Of a stretch of DNA of 64,000 nt, positions 9,604-18,789 are shown piece by piece; within the stretch, counting starts at the first letter, position 1; each line of letters starts with the position of its first letter. A model generated the notes under the pieces. That model was given only the letters and a program-made list of their open reading frames with translations, ran no database searches and was not told the origin of the DNA. The stretch covers positions 2,919,605 to 2,983,604 of the forward strand of contig OW818676.1 in assembly GCA_942493235.1 (NCBI GenBank), given 5' to 3'. Source of the DNA: an uncultured bacterium (lineage in GTDB: Bacteria; Bacteroidota; Ignavibacteria; Kapaibacteriales; UBA2268). Both the position numbers and the translations under genes were made by a program.

Positions 9604-11469
9604 TCAATTTAAAGTATGATTTAAATTCTTTGGTAATGTAACAGTAAATATTGTTCCATAGTTAACTTCACTTGTTACTGTAATATTTCCATTTAGTGTC
9701 TCAATAAGTCTTTTAGCAATTGTCAAGCCTAATCCGGTACCGGAAATACTACCTACATTATTACTGCGATGAAAGGGTTCAAATAAATTACCAATATCTT
9801 GCTGAGGAATACCGATTCCATTATCTTCGACAGAGAATTGAACTTCATCAATTGTGGAATCAATTGAAACAATTATTTCCGAGCCATAATCGGAATATTT
9901 TGATGCGTTCGATAATAGATTAGACAAAATATGGTTGATAATAATTGGGTCGCTATTGATAAATATATTGTTTGTTTGATAATTTAATTTGATATTGTGC
10001 TTTCCCATATCTACATATTTAAGATTATCAATAGATTTACGCATGAAGTCCACCAAGTCAAATTCTGTATATCGGGTGCTGACGTTACCGGTATCGCTTT
10101 TCCCCAAAATCAAAACATCTTCAAGCAGTGCAGTCATCAGCTTGACTGAATCTTGAATCCTCGATAATTGAGTACTAAACATATCGCTTTCGCCGTTTAT
10201 TTTACACTTCTCTAAAATATAAGTAGAAGATAAAATAACAGTCAAAGGTGTACGATATTCATGAGAGACCATCGAAACAAATCTGGTCTTTAATTCATTA
10301 ATCTCCCTTTCACTTTGCAGTGCGAGCTCAAGATTTTCCTGTGCAATTATCAATTCGGTCGATATTCGATTTTTTTCATCCATTTCAGTTCTTAACTCAA
10401 TAAGAGCATCTTCTAATTGAGCAGTTCTGTCTTCAACTCTGTCTTCAAGCTCAATATTGGCATCAACGAGTTTTTCCTGCTGGTCTAAAATTATTTGCTT
10501 AGACAGCTTAATATTTTGCAACATAGTTCTAAATGAGTTTGATAATACTCCGATTTCATCATTAGAATTCACATTAATTCTTACATCGTAATTCCCTTCA
10601 GCTATTTTCAATGTAGTATTATTTAATTCGATAATTGGTTTTGAAATTGCTTTAGCAATAATAAAAGACCAAATTACAGAGCATATTACAGTAAGTGATA
10701 TAATTATGATTAGTATAAATTGTGTATTATCAGCTATTTTTGATTTTTCGGCTACTAATTCCTCGCTATTATCTTTAATTACTAATTCTAATTTTTCGAA
10801 TTGATTTTCCATTGAATTCAATATTTTAAATACATTTACTAATTTATAAAATCCCTCTAAATAGTAATCCGAGTATTTTAATATATTACTTTTTTCTCTT
10901 GAACTCATTCCGCTATTAAGTAATATTTTTTTAAACTGCGAAATAGAGTTTTCTACTTTAGTAATATACTTAGAAGACTTTCGCATAATAAAATCTTTTT
11001 CACTCCTGCGGGCTTGAAGTATATTGATTATTAAATCCTTAGAGCGTGATAGATACACCATGTTTTCTATATTATGAACTCCGTTTCTGAATTCACCTTC
11101 TATACCGTTATTTTCGTCTAAGCCACGGTATTTCATAGTATCAACATATTGCTTGAATAATTTAACGTAGTTATCTTTATTTGAATTTAGGGAATATAAT
11201 TGACTACTTTCTAATTCGTCTATATAAGCATCAATTTTATTAATTTTATCATAAAATTTCTTTGCGATATTTAAATCTCTGGTTTTTGAAAATTCAATTC
11301 TGAACTGAGTGGCTGTATTAATGGAGGCTTCGATTATTCTTAGCTTATCCCTCTGATTTAACATATCAATAGTATAATAGGACAAAAAAACGATTGCTAC
11401 TAAAACCAATTCTAAGACCGAAGCCATAAGTATAATCTTGGCACGTAAAGACTTGCTAAAATAATTCAT
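9604..11469 (-). CDS. Membrane sensor histidine kinase (periplasmic sensor, HAMP, HisKA, HATPase)
   Basis: Two TM segments, HAMP (DEIGVLSNSF), H-box SHEYRTPL, NLLSNASKYS, DNGIGIP, GTGLGL. Confidence 0.92.
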   Translation of the reverse strand: MNYFSKSLRAKIILMASVLELVLVAIVFLSYYTIDMLNQRDKLRIIEASINTATQFRIEFSKTRDLNIAKKFYDKINKIDAYIDELESSQLYSLNSNKDNYVKLFKQYVDTMKYRGLDENNGIEGEFRNGVHNIENMVYLSRSKDLIINILQARRSEKDFIMRKSSKYITKVENSISQFKKILLNSGMSSREKSNILKYSDYYLEGFYKLVNVFKILNSMENQFEKLELVIKDNSEELVAEKSKIADNTQFILIIIISLTVICSVIWSFIIAKAISKPIIELNNTTLKIAEGNYDVRINVNSNDEIGVLSNSFRTMLQNIKLSKQIILDQQEKLVDANIELEDRVEDRTAQLEDALIELRTEMDEKNRISTELIIAQENLELALQSEREINELKTRFVSMVSHEYRTPLTVILSSTYILEKCKINGESDMFSTQLSRIQDSVKLMTALLEDVLILGKSDTGNVSTRYTEFDLVDFMRKSIDNLKYVDMGKHNIKLNYQTNNIFINSDPIIINHILSNLLSNASKYSDYGSEIIVSIDSTIDEVQFSVEDNGIGIPQQDIGNLFEPFHRSNNVGSISGTGLGLTIAKRLIETLNGNITVTSEVNYGTIFTVTLPKNLNHTLN

Positions 11470-11670
11470 ATTTGCTCTTCTCTATTTAACACACATTAAG
11501 GAATGCAATTTTACAATTTTAAGTTAAGTTTAGAATAAATTTCAAGTTAATTAGGAGTTAATATGGATTATAATCAAAATATAAAAGTCTTTTATAAGTG
11601 ATAATACACTTGTCTGTAGGTGCTGAAGTATTAGGTAGATAACAAACTATCGATATGAAGTAATTTTTGG

Positions 11671-11975
11671 TTCTTCGCTATTATGTGTGGGTAAGCAAAT
11701 AAAGAAATCTTTCTTACAACAGCGATAGCTGTTGAACATCGGTAATAAACATTGTTTAGTCCCCACACTCTTTTTTCTCTTTTGGTCGTTAAAAGAAGAG
11801 AGTGATAGTGGTGTATCTCATTATATTACAGATATTTAACTCCTAACGGAGTTAAGATATAATATCATTGATGTTTATCAAATAATTTATCCAAAACCAA
11901 TATTTGATATATTAAGGTTTTGATAATACTAATAACAAATATTTGCTAACCCACTTAAAATAGCAAAGCCCCAAT
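11671..11975 (+). repeat. ~300 bp dispersed non-coding element, copy 1
   Basis: Near-identical to 42648-42953 (direct) and similar to 24011-24312 (inverted); contains CAACAGC-N4-GCTGTTG and TTTAACTCC-TAAC-GGAGTTAA hairpins. Confidence 0.9.
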
Positions 11976-12023
11976 TTATTTAATTTACTGTTTGTACTTT
12001 AAATTTTCAATTTTTGAAATTTA

Positions 12024-12066
12024 TAAAAAAAGAGGTTGTCTAATAAGTATGGACAACCTCTTTATT
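12024..12066 (-). terminator. Probable intrinsic terminator after the TonB-dependent receptor
   Basis: AAAGAGGTTGTC...GACAACCTCTTT stem with a plus-strand A-run, i.e. a U-tract on the minus strand. The arm resembles the GAGGTTGTCT ends of the small elements. Confidence 0.6.
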
Positions 12067-12095
12067 GTATAATTAATAACAAACAAATACTAAAT

Positions 12096-14498
12096 CTACA
12101 TTTCTAATTCTATACCAAAGAAAAAATATCTCTCTTGACCGGGAAAGAATTCTTTGCCTTCGCCGGAACTTGCGTATAATTTATTGAATATATTACTTAA
12201 CTGACCGTTGAGTTTAACACCTTTTAATCCCAATATATCTTTGAATTTGTATGATAAATCCAAATCAACTATGAAATAGCTGTCAACTACGTTATCGTCG
12301 TACCAGCCGTCCCAGCCGGCAAGTAAATTTCTTTTTAAGTCCGCATTATTATTTATCATTTCGCCATAATTATCAGTATAGAATTCACCTACATATTTAC
12401 CGGTTAAACCGAAAAACAAATCCTCCATATAGAAATTAACACCGAAATTCACCATAAAATCAGGAAATCCGGCAATTTTGTTATCTTTCAGTGAAATTTT
12501 AGCTCCGTCATCGAGACTAACATCGTAATCAATAAATTTATTCTGACTATATGTAGTATTTGCCCAAACGGTAAATTTTGAACTTTCGTCAATTATAAAA
12601 TTATACTTAGTTTCAAGTTCTATTCCATAGTGACGAGAGCGTGAAGCATTCTCATCTACCGGATTGCCCCATATATCAACTTTACCTGTTTTTACTAATT
12701 CATCATTATAGTCCATGTAATACAAAGTAGCAGAAAACATTAGGTCATTCGCTTTGTAGTTTAGTCCATATTCGATATCAATCATTTTTTCAGGTTTTGC
12801 TATCGGAGAATCAAAATCATATCCCCAAGTAGTATCATTAATTTGAACTGTTTTGAATTTTGGAATAGCTCCGGAATAAGCATCGTCGGCAGCATATAGA
12901 TTTCTCATTCTTGGTTCGCGAGAGGTATAAGCTAAGAAAAAATAGGTACTAATATTTTCATCTGGCTTGAAGTTCATTCCTACTCTTGGATTTAGGAAGG
13001 TGTAATTAACACTGAATAGTTCATCTTTACCTCCTACATATTTCCCTTCACTATTTAGGTAATATCTATAATTATTGCCTGCTTTTTCGTCTGCAATAGC
13101 AAATCTATGGTTTACTAACTGTAAATCCGCAAAAAGCATAATTTCTTCAATCAAATACAAATTATCTTTAATAAATAATGAAATAACATCTCTTTTGCCG
13201 TTATTTGAATAGAATTTATAATCATAGTCAAAATTCTCCGGCATTTGCTCAGCAAATAGGACTTTTCCGTAATGATTTGAACGGTGAATTCGGAGCTCAC
13301 CACCGATAGTAAACTCATTCTCGTCTGTTTTAAAAATCAGTCTTGGAATCCAGCCACCATGTTTATTTTCAACATAAGCTCTCATAAATGTATTTTTTAG
13401 CTTATTATCTTCGCTAATAGGATAATCGTTAGTAGCAATTATATTAAAATTGTCATCAGCCCAAGCGGCATCTCCATCGAAATAGCCGTCGCCTTGATAA
13501 TAGAATAAAGATGATTTAAAATACAAATTATCAGTAATTTTCCAATCATTTAAAACCTCAAAATGCGGCTGAGAAAATTCTTCGATTTCCTGTTTTTTTC
13601 TATCGGTATACCAGCTTAGTTGTTTTCCGGTAGAATCATAAGCCCAACCGTAAGCGTAGTTTTTCTTTCTTAGAGATTTATCTGTAATATAGCTTTTAGG
13701 CAAACCGTTATAAGCGAGCCCATCGCTTACCGGACCGCCAAAAATATTAATCTGAGTAGAGAAATCTTCTTGGAAATTAGCGGCACTCAAGAAAAACGAA
13801 TTAAGATTTGTCCAAGAATTATCTCTGTAGCCGTCGGATTGAATTTTTGACATTTTTACATAGAATGCCCAATTATCAATTAGACCAGATGATACTTCTA
13901 TCGACATTTTACTTGTATTAGCCTTATAAATAGAATTATCTCCGCCAAATTCTTGAACGCCCATTCCTGCGAACATTTTCACGCCCTTATAATTAGCATA
14001 GTTAGCTGTAGTAAGGTTAATTGAGCCACCGATAGACGGCGAACCATAATTGCTAAGCCCAGCACCGCGTTGAACTTGAATACTCTCAGTAGAACCGGCT
14101 AAATCAGGCATATCAATCCAATATACTTGATGATCTTCAGGGTCATTCTGAGGGATTCCATTTACCAAAACGGCAATACGTCTTTGGTCAAATCCTCGCA
14201 TAGTAAGTGATGAATAGCCTATGCCATTCCCGTTTTGAGAACTAAAAATAACACTTGGCATAGTCGAAAGCAATTTTGGCATATCGGCAGTAATATACCT
14301 CTCTCTAATCTCGGATTTTGAAATTTCTGCAAACGGTGCAGGAGTCTTACCGAAAATTGCACGAGTTGATGTAACGGTAACACTTGGGGTAACATATACC
14401 TTGGCTGAATCATACTTTGTCTCTAAAGCGTCTGTAGCTTTCAGCGGTATATAGCATAGAATAATCAAAGCTGTGATTTTTAGAAATAATTTGTACAT
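12096..14498 (-). CDS. TonB-dependent receptor, probably for thiamine or a precursor
   Basis: Signal peptide, VTVTSTR TonB-box region, plug (MRGFDQRRIAVLVNGIPQND, IQVQRGAG...GGSINL), terminal beta-strand FFFGIELEM; preceded by a TPP riboswitch. Confidence 0.9.
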   Translation of the reverse strand: MYKLFLKITALIILCYIPLKATDALETKYDSAKVYVTPSVTVTSTRAIFGKTPAPFAEISKSEIRERYITADMPKLLSTMPSVIFSSQNGNGIGYSSLTMRGFDQRRIAVLVNGIPQNDPEDHQVYWIDMPDLAGSTESIQVQRGAGLSNYGSPSIGGSINLTTANYANYKGVKMFAGMGVQEFGGDNSIYKANTSKMSIEVSSGLIDNWAFYVKMSKIQSDGYRDNSWTNLNSFFLSAANFQEDFSTQINIFGGPVSDGLAYNGLPKSYITDKSLRKKNYAYGWAYDSTGKQLSWYTDRKKQEIEEFSQPHFEVLNDWKITDNLYFKSSLFYYQGDGYFDGDAAWADDNFNIIATNDYPISEDNKLKNTFMRAYVENKHGGWIPRLIFKTDENEFTIGGELRIHRSNHYGKVLFAEQMPENFDYDYKFYSNNGKRDVISLFIKDNLYLIEEIMLFADLQLVNHRFAIADEKAGNNYRYYLNSEGKYVGGKDELFSVNYTFLNPRVGMNFKPDENISTYFFLAYTSREPRMRNLYAADDAYSGAIPKFKTVQINDTTWGYDFDSPIAKPEKMIDIEYGLNYKANDLMFSATLYYMDYNDELVKTGKVDIWGNPVDENASRSRHYGIELETKYNFIIDESSKFTVWANTTYSQNKFIDYDVSLDDGAKISLKDNKIAGFPDFMVNFGVNFYMEDLFFGLTGKYVGEFYTDNYGEMINNNADLKRNLLAGWDGWYDDNVVDSYFIVDLDLSYKFKDILGLKGVKLNGQLSNIFNKLYASSGEGKEFFPGQERYFFFGIELEM

Positions 14499-14597
14499 TT
14501 CTTCTCTCCAAAAAAATATTAATAAATATATTTTCCGAAAAAGAAGGTTGTTTTATCGACTGAGGAACCAACGAGAATAGGTAGGGCACAAAGCCTG

Positions 14598-14684
14598 CCG
14601 TAATCCCTACGCAGGTATTAGCCTGGTCAGGTTCAAGGAGTCTAATCTCAGCCGCACCCATTACAGGGCGAGCACCTCCTACGG
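14598..14684 (-). ncRNA. TPP riboswitch
   Basis: Minus strand reads CCGTAGGAGGTGC...GCTGAGA..ACTCCTTGAACCTGACCAGGCTAATACCTGCGTAGGGATTACGG, with the conserved CTGAGA and AACCTGA..AGG.TAAT.CCTGCGTAGGGA blocks and a CCGTA/TACGG P1 stem. Confidence 0.93.
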
Positions 14685-14763
14685 ACATACAAAATTAAGT
14701 ATAAGATAGATAAAAACAAAATTATATTATAAATATATTTAAATATTACTCGTGTAAATATTG

Positions 14764-15795
14764 TTAAACCTTTGGAGCTCTATATCTTACTCCCCAAAAT
14801 TTGAATTTAGTTAATGAAGTATATACAACTAATCTCTCGAAATATTTAAATCTCAAAAGGTAATGAAAAACTCTATAAAATAAGAACAGCAGAACCATAA
14901 ATACTGCCGATTCATAGAAAAAGCTTAAAATACTATTTTGAATACTATTTGATATATCACCTAATTGACTATAAACAAAGCCGAAAATAACGGACATAAT
15001 TAAAAATGTAATTGCAGCTATAAATCCATGAGCTGTCTCTATTGCCTTTCGCGGGCAGTAACTCATGCACCTCATACAGCTCTCGCAGTGATATGTCCAG
15101 TACGGTCTTTTGTCAACATATTTAATTGCATTAACAGGACAATTCTTCATACATATTCCGCAATTATCGCAATCTTTAGAAGCGTAATAAGTTTTAGATA
15201 GGATAAATCTACCTACAAAATAGTATCCGAGCGAAATAGGAGCTATAGCTAAATCCAGAATTATTTCGCGAGTAAATTTATAATTAGTCTTTTCATTAAT
15301 AATTTCTTCTGCAATATGATTTACTTTGTTTTTTATCTTTTCATTGATAAAATTCACTGCGTTAGCACGAAGTCCCGGATGAATGGATATCCAATTAGAA
15401 GGCAAATCAACCGAATAAAGCGACTGAATTTTATACCCCTTTAATTTCAAAACAGAAGCTGCGAAATATAAGGTAATTCCGCTTAATCCTGGAGTAACCC
15501 AATTGCCTATTTTCATACCGGCACGTGTATTCATAATTACTACTTTATTATCTGATTTCGGAAAACCGGCTAAAAAATTAAGCATTATAGGCGGAAAATT
15601 AAATCCGTGCGTTGGCGAAATAAATATTATGGTTTCATTTTTCTCGGGAGTGGGAATATTATTTCTGTCAATTATGGCAATATTGAATAATTTGCAAATT
15701 ATTCCGCTTTCGTTTGCCCTATCGGCAAGCCACAAAGCCGTATTTTTTGAATTACCGGTTCCCGTAAAATAATATATAGTGAATATTTTCTGCAT
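14764..15795 (-). CDS. EFR1-family protein (flavodoxin-like domain plus 2x[4Fe-4S] ferredoxin)
   Basis: YYFTGTGNS flavodoxin loop; CDNCGICMKNCP and CESCMRCMSYCP cluster motifs. Confidence 0.88.
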   Translation of the reverse strand: MQKIFTIYYFTGTGNSKNTALWLADRANESGIICKLFNIAIIDRNNIPTPEKNETIIFISPTHGFNFPPIMLNFLAGFPKSDNKVVIMNTRAGMKIGNWVTPGLSGITLYFAASVLKLKGYKIQSLYSVDLPSNWISIHPGLRANAVNFINEKIKNKVNHIAEEIINEKTNYKFTREIILDLAIAPISLGYYFVGRFILSKTYYASKDCDNCGICMKNCPVNAIKYVDKRPYWTYHCESCMRCMSYCPRKAIETAHGFIAAITFLIMSVIFGFVYSQLGDISNSIQNSILSFFYESAVFMVLLFLFYRVFHYLLRFKYFERLVVYTSLTKFKFWGVRYRAPKV

Positions 15796-15882
15796 ACAAT
15801 TCTCTAATTAAAATATAAGCAATACAAATTTATATTATTTCTATTAATATGAAAAATCATTTTTTTGAAAGGCTATAAACCT

Positions 15883-16041
15883 AAGTTGAACGTCGAAAAA
15901 GGATTATTGAATTAAATTATATAAGTTAAAGGTCGAAAAAGGATTATTGAATAAAATTATATAAGTTAAAGGTCGAAAAAGGATTATTGAATAAAATTGT
16001 ATAAGTTAAAGGACGAAAAAGGATAATTGAATAAAATTATA
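15883..16041 (+). repeat. 40-bp tandem repeat, about 4 copies
   Basis: Unit GGATTATTGAATAAAATTATATAAGTTAAAGGTCGAAAAA at 15901, 15941 and 15981, with partial copies at 15883-15900 and 16021-16041; no spacers. Confidence 0.92.
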
Positions 16042-16108
16042 AAAAAAGTTTGTCTATATTCAAGATTCTTTCTAATTTTACATTTTTTTATTAACTCAGA
16101 AAATTCAA

Positions 16109-16807
16109 ATGGCACAAAAGAAGTTTTGTATAATCGGATTAGGATATTTCGGGCTAAATTTATCATTAATTTTAAGTCGAGACGGAGCGGAAGTATTAGC
16201 TATTGATAGTAATATGGAAAGAGTTGATATAGTCAGCGAAAAAGTTACTCACTCAGTGTGTATGGATGCTACAGATGAAAGGGCACTACGCAGTATGGGG
16301 CTTAAAGAAATGGATGCAGTAATTGTTGCTATCGGAGAAGGATTCCAGAGCTCAATAATGACAACTGCCCTATTGCAGGAAATCGGTGTCAAAAGAATAT
16401 TTAACCGAGTAACATCTCCAATACATGAACGCTTATTGAAGTTGATGGGTATTCATGACTTGTTAGTGCCTGAAGCAGAAGCTGCTTCTCATCTTGCTTC
16501 AAGATTAATGCTCGAAGGAGTAATTGGCTCATTTGAATTATCTGAAGATTACGGCGTTTTTGAAATTCAAACTCCAAGTTTCTTTATAGGTAAATCAGTT
16601 ATGGAATCCAATCTGAGGCAGACCTATAATTTGAACTTAGTTACTATCAAAAGATTGAAGAAAAAAGGCGGGTTAAAAACATTAGGCGACAGAGATGAAA
16701 TTACCGTAGTCGGAGTTCCTTCACCAAATCTTACTATAATCGAAAATGATATATTGGTTGTATTCGGTAAAGAAAAAGATGTTAAATTGTTATTAGAACA
16801 GAAATAA
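16109..16807 (+). CDS. TrkA/KtrA-family potassium uptake regulatory (RCK) subunit
   Basis: IIGLGYFG NAD-binding fold, AID, DATDE.AL, VIVAIG, RCK_C tail D.LVVFG. Confidence 0.92.
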   Translation: MAQKKFCIIGLGYFGLNLSLILSRDGAEVLAIDSNMERVDIVSEKVTHSVCMDATDERALRSMGLKEMDAVIVAIGEGFQSSIMTTALLQEIGVKRIFNRVTSPIHERLLKLMGIHDLLVPEAEAASHLASRLMLEGVIGSFELSEDYGVFEIQTPSFFIGKSVMESNLRQTYNLNLVTIKRLKKKGGLKTLGDRDEITVVGVPSPNLTIIENDILVVFGKEKDVKLLLEQK

Positions 16808-16870
16808 CGAAATAATTATACTAAAATATGAACTATTAATTCCGTTCATTTTTGAAATAAAAAAAATCAA

Positions 16871-18118
16871 ATGATTATAAAGAATATATGTAAAAAGCAA
16901 AATTCAAGAGAAATTAGTAAATTACTCTTTACATTAGTATTTATCATTTTTCTATATCGTCCATTACCCATTTATACACAATCAAATAATGACAATGAAC
17001 CGATAAATCTTACGATATTAAATACTGAAAATGATGAATTCGCCCCAAGCTATAATCAATTTCAAAATTTTCTGTATTTTAATCGGATCAAAAACGGATA
17101 CTCTTTTTTCTATAGCTCTGGAGTTATTGATAACTACAGGTTCGCTCCCCCACTTCTAAGAGCTGACGATATAAATATAAATCAGAATAATCAAGCATAT
17201 ATTATTTTTCTTGACCAAGATCAAGCAGTTTATTCTACTTACTCACTAAAAAAATCAAGGTCATATATGAATCTGTTTTCTGCATATTATAAAAAAGGAA
17301 AATGGACTAATCCAATAATTTTAGATAGTTTATGCGGTGAGTATTTTGTTTCGCACCCTACTATTTCTCCTGATGGTAATTTTATGATTTTTTCAAGTGA
17401 TAGAAGTCCTGAAGATTCTGATACTGATTTATGGATTGCATTCAAGCAGGATAACGGTACATGGGGAGAGGCTTCACCGCTTTCGGAATTAAACTCTCCG
17501 GGAAATGAGATTACTCCATTTCTCAAAAGTAATGATTCACTTTTCTTTTCATCTAATGCGCTCGGCGGACCGGGCGGATATGATATTTATTTAACAATAA
17601 AAAAAGATGGATTATGGACTCGTCCCTATCCGATGAATGAAATTAATACCAAATTCGATGAGTCGGATATCTGCGTACTTCCCAATAAAGATATTATATT
17701 TTCTTCTGATAGACCGGGAACTAAAGGTGGGCTTGATTTATATTCATATTCTCCTAAAACAATAAATAATGATAGCGAAAACGAAAAATCACCGTTAGAA
17801 ATTAGTGCTGCCACTACTGTATATAATATTAAATCACTTACGCAAATAACTATCGATTATGCGTTGAATTGTAATTATTTATTAGCAGTTACTACTCCGA
17901 TAATGAAATCATTTTATGATTTGATTAAACCTGAGAATAAAAATTCTGTTCAATATAGGTCCCTAATTAATCTACTATCTTCGTCGAATATGATAACTTT
18001 GGCTTATAATTTCGATGATGATAAATTAAGAATATTAAAAGATAGTTTAGTTAATTATTACTATAGGGTTTCGTCAAAAAAAATCTCACATTTAAAACTC
18101 AAAACACTGCAGATTTAA
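16871..18118 (+). CDS. PD40/TolB-like beta-propeller protein, N-terminal part (frame 2)
   Basis: Repeated PD40 motifs (HPTISPDGNFMIFSSDR, NEITPF, LFFSSNALGGPGGYDIY, IIFSSDRPGTKGGLDLY); ends 35 nt after an A8 run. Confidence 0.85.
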   Translation: MIIKNICKKQNSREISKLLFTLVFIIFLYRPLPIYTQSNNDNEPINLTILNTENDEFAPSYNQFQNFLYFNRIKNGYSFFYSSGVIDNYRFAPPLLRADDININQNNQAYIIFLDQDQAVYSTYSLKKSRSYMNLFSAYYKKGKWTNPIILDSLCGEYFVSHPTISPDGNFMIFSSDRSPEDSDTDLWIAFKQDNGTWGEASPLSELNSPGNEITPFLKSNDSLFFSSNALGGPGGYDIYLTIKKDGLWTRPYPMNEINTKFDESDICVLPNKDIIFSSDRPGTKGGLDLYSYSPKTINNDSENEKSPLEISAATTVYNIKSLTQITIDYALNCNYLLAVTTPIMKSFYDLIKPENKNSVQYRSLINLLSSSNMITLAYNFDDDKLRILKDSLVNYYYRVSSKKISHLKLKTLQI

Positions 18119-18705
18119 ATAATTATATTTACATTATTTGTGAAGATAAAAAACAAATATTTGAGCTTGAAAATATTAGTAATTCTATAGACCCAAATAA
18201 ATTAGAGATTACACTCAATTCCAGACCAGAAGAATTATTCCTAAGCGGTAAATATTTCTATAAAGATGAATCTAAAAAAGTACTTTTAGGAAATATTAAT
18301 AATTCTAATTCAATTCTCAATATTTCATTAGATACATTACTGAATTCGTCATTCAACGAGTTCAAGATAATAACTCAAGTGCTTGATAAAAAAAGAAAAG
18401 AACAAAATGCTGACTTGGAATTCATAGTATCAAATAAAACTGATAAGTCAATAAATAGCTATACCTTTGATAATCGGCAGTATAATAAATTGGAAATTAT
18501 CCCCTTTCTTCCAAACGGATTAGATACTTATTCAGACTCTTTAAAGGAATTATTTGGTGATTGTACTAATATTATAATCGAATACCCTGACCAATCAATT
18601 GAAATGGCTAATCAAATCAAATCATTTCTAACAGAAAAATTATCTATAAAAAGTATAACGTTAAAATCAAAATTAACTACAGAAACCATATCAATTTACT
18701 TCTAA
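18067..18705 (+). CDS. Frame-1 continuation of the PD40 protein (probable frameshifted C-terminal part)
   Basis: Frame 1 is open without stops from 18067 to the stop at 18705 and overlaps the upstream ORF across the A8 run at 18076-18083; the ORF track only starts it at GTG 18379. Confidence 0.65.
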   Translation, partial: GFVKKNLTFKTQNTADLNNYIYIICEDKKQIFELENISNSIDPNKLEITLNSRPEELFLSGKYFYKDESKKVLLGNINNSNSILNISLDTLLNSSFNEFKIITQVLDKKRKEQNADLEFIVSNKTDKSINSYTFDNRQYNKLEIIPFLPNGLDTYSDSLKELFGDCTNIIIEYPDQSIEMANQIKSFLTEKLSIKSITLKSKLTTETISIYF

Positions 18706-18789
18706 ATAATATTTCCATATATCTTAATTTTTCATCATTAATGAAATATTTAGCCTACTTATCCTTTTATACGGATTTTAATTTGCAGA

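Noticed and set aside
14410-14688. 92-aa ORF upstream of the TonB receptor
   Set aside because: It overlaps the TPP riboswitch and the receptor start in another frame; better explained as leader RNA.
15883-16041. Mini-CRISPR or c-di-AMP riboswitch upstream of the K+ gene
   Set aside because: Units are contiguous with no spacers; no ydaO-type conserved blocks are visible. ORF 15984..16166 (-) is a shadow of the repeat.
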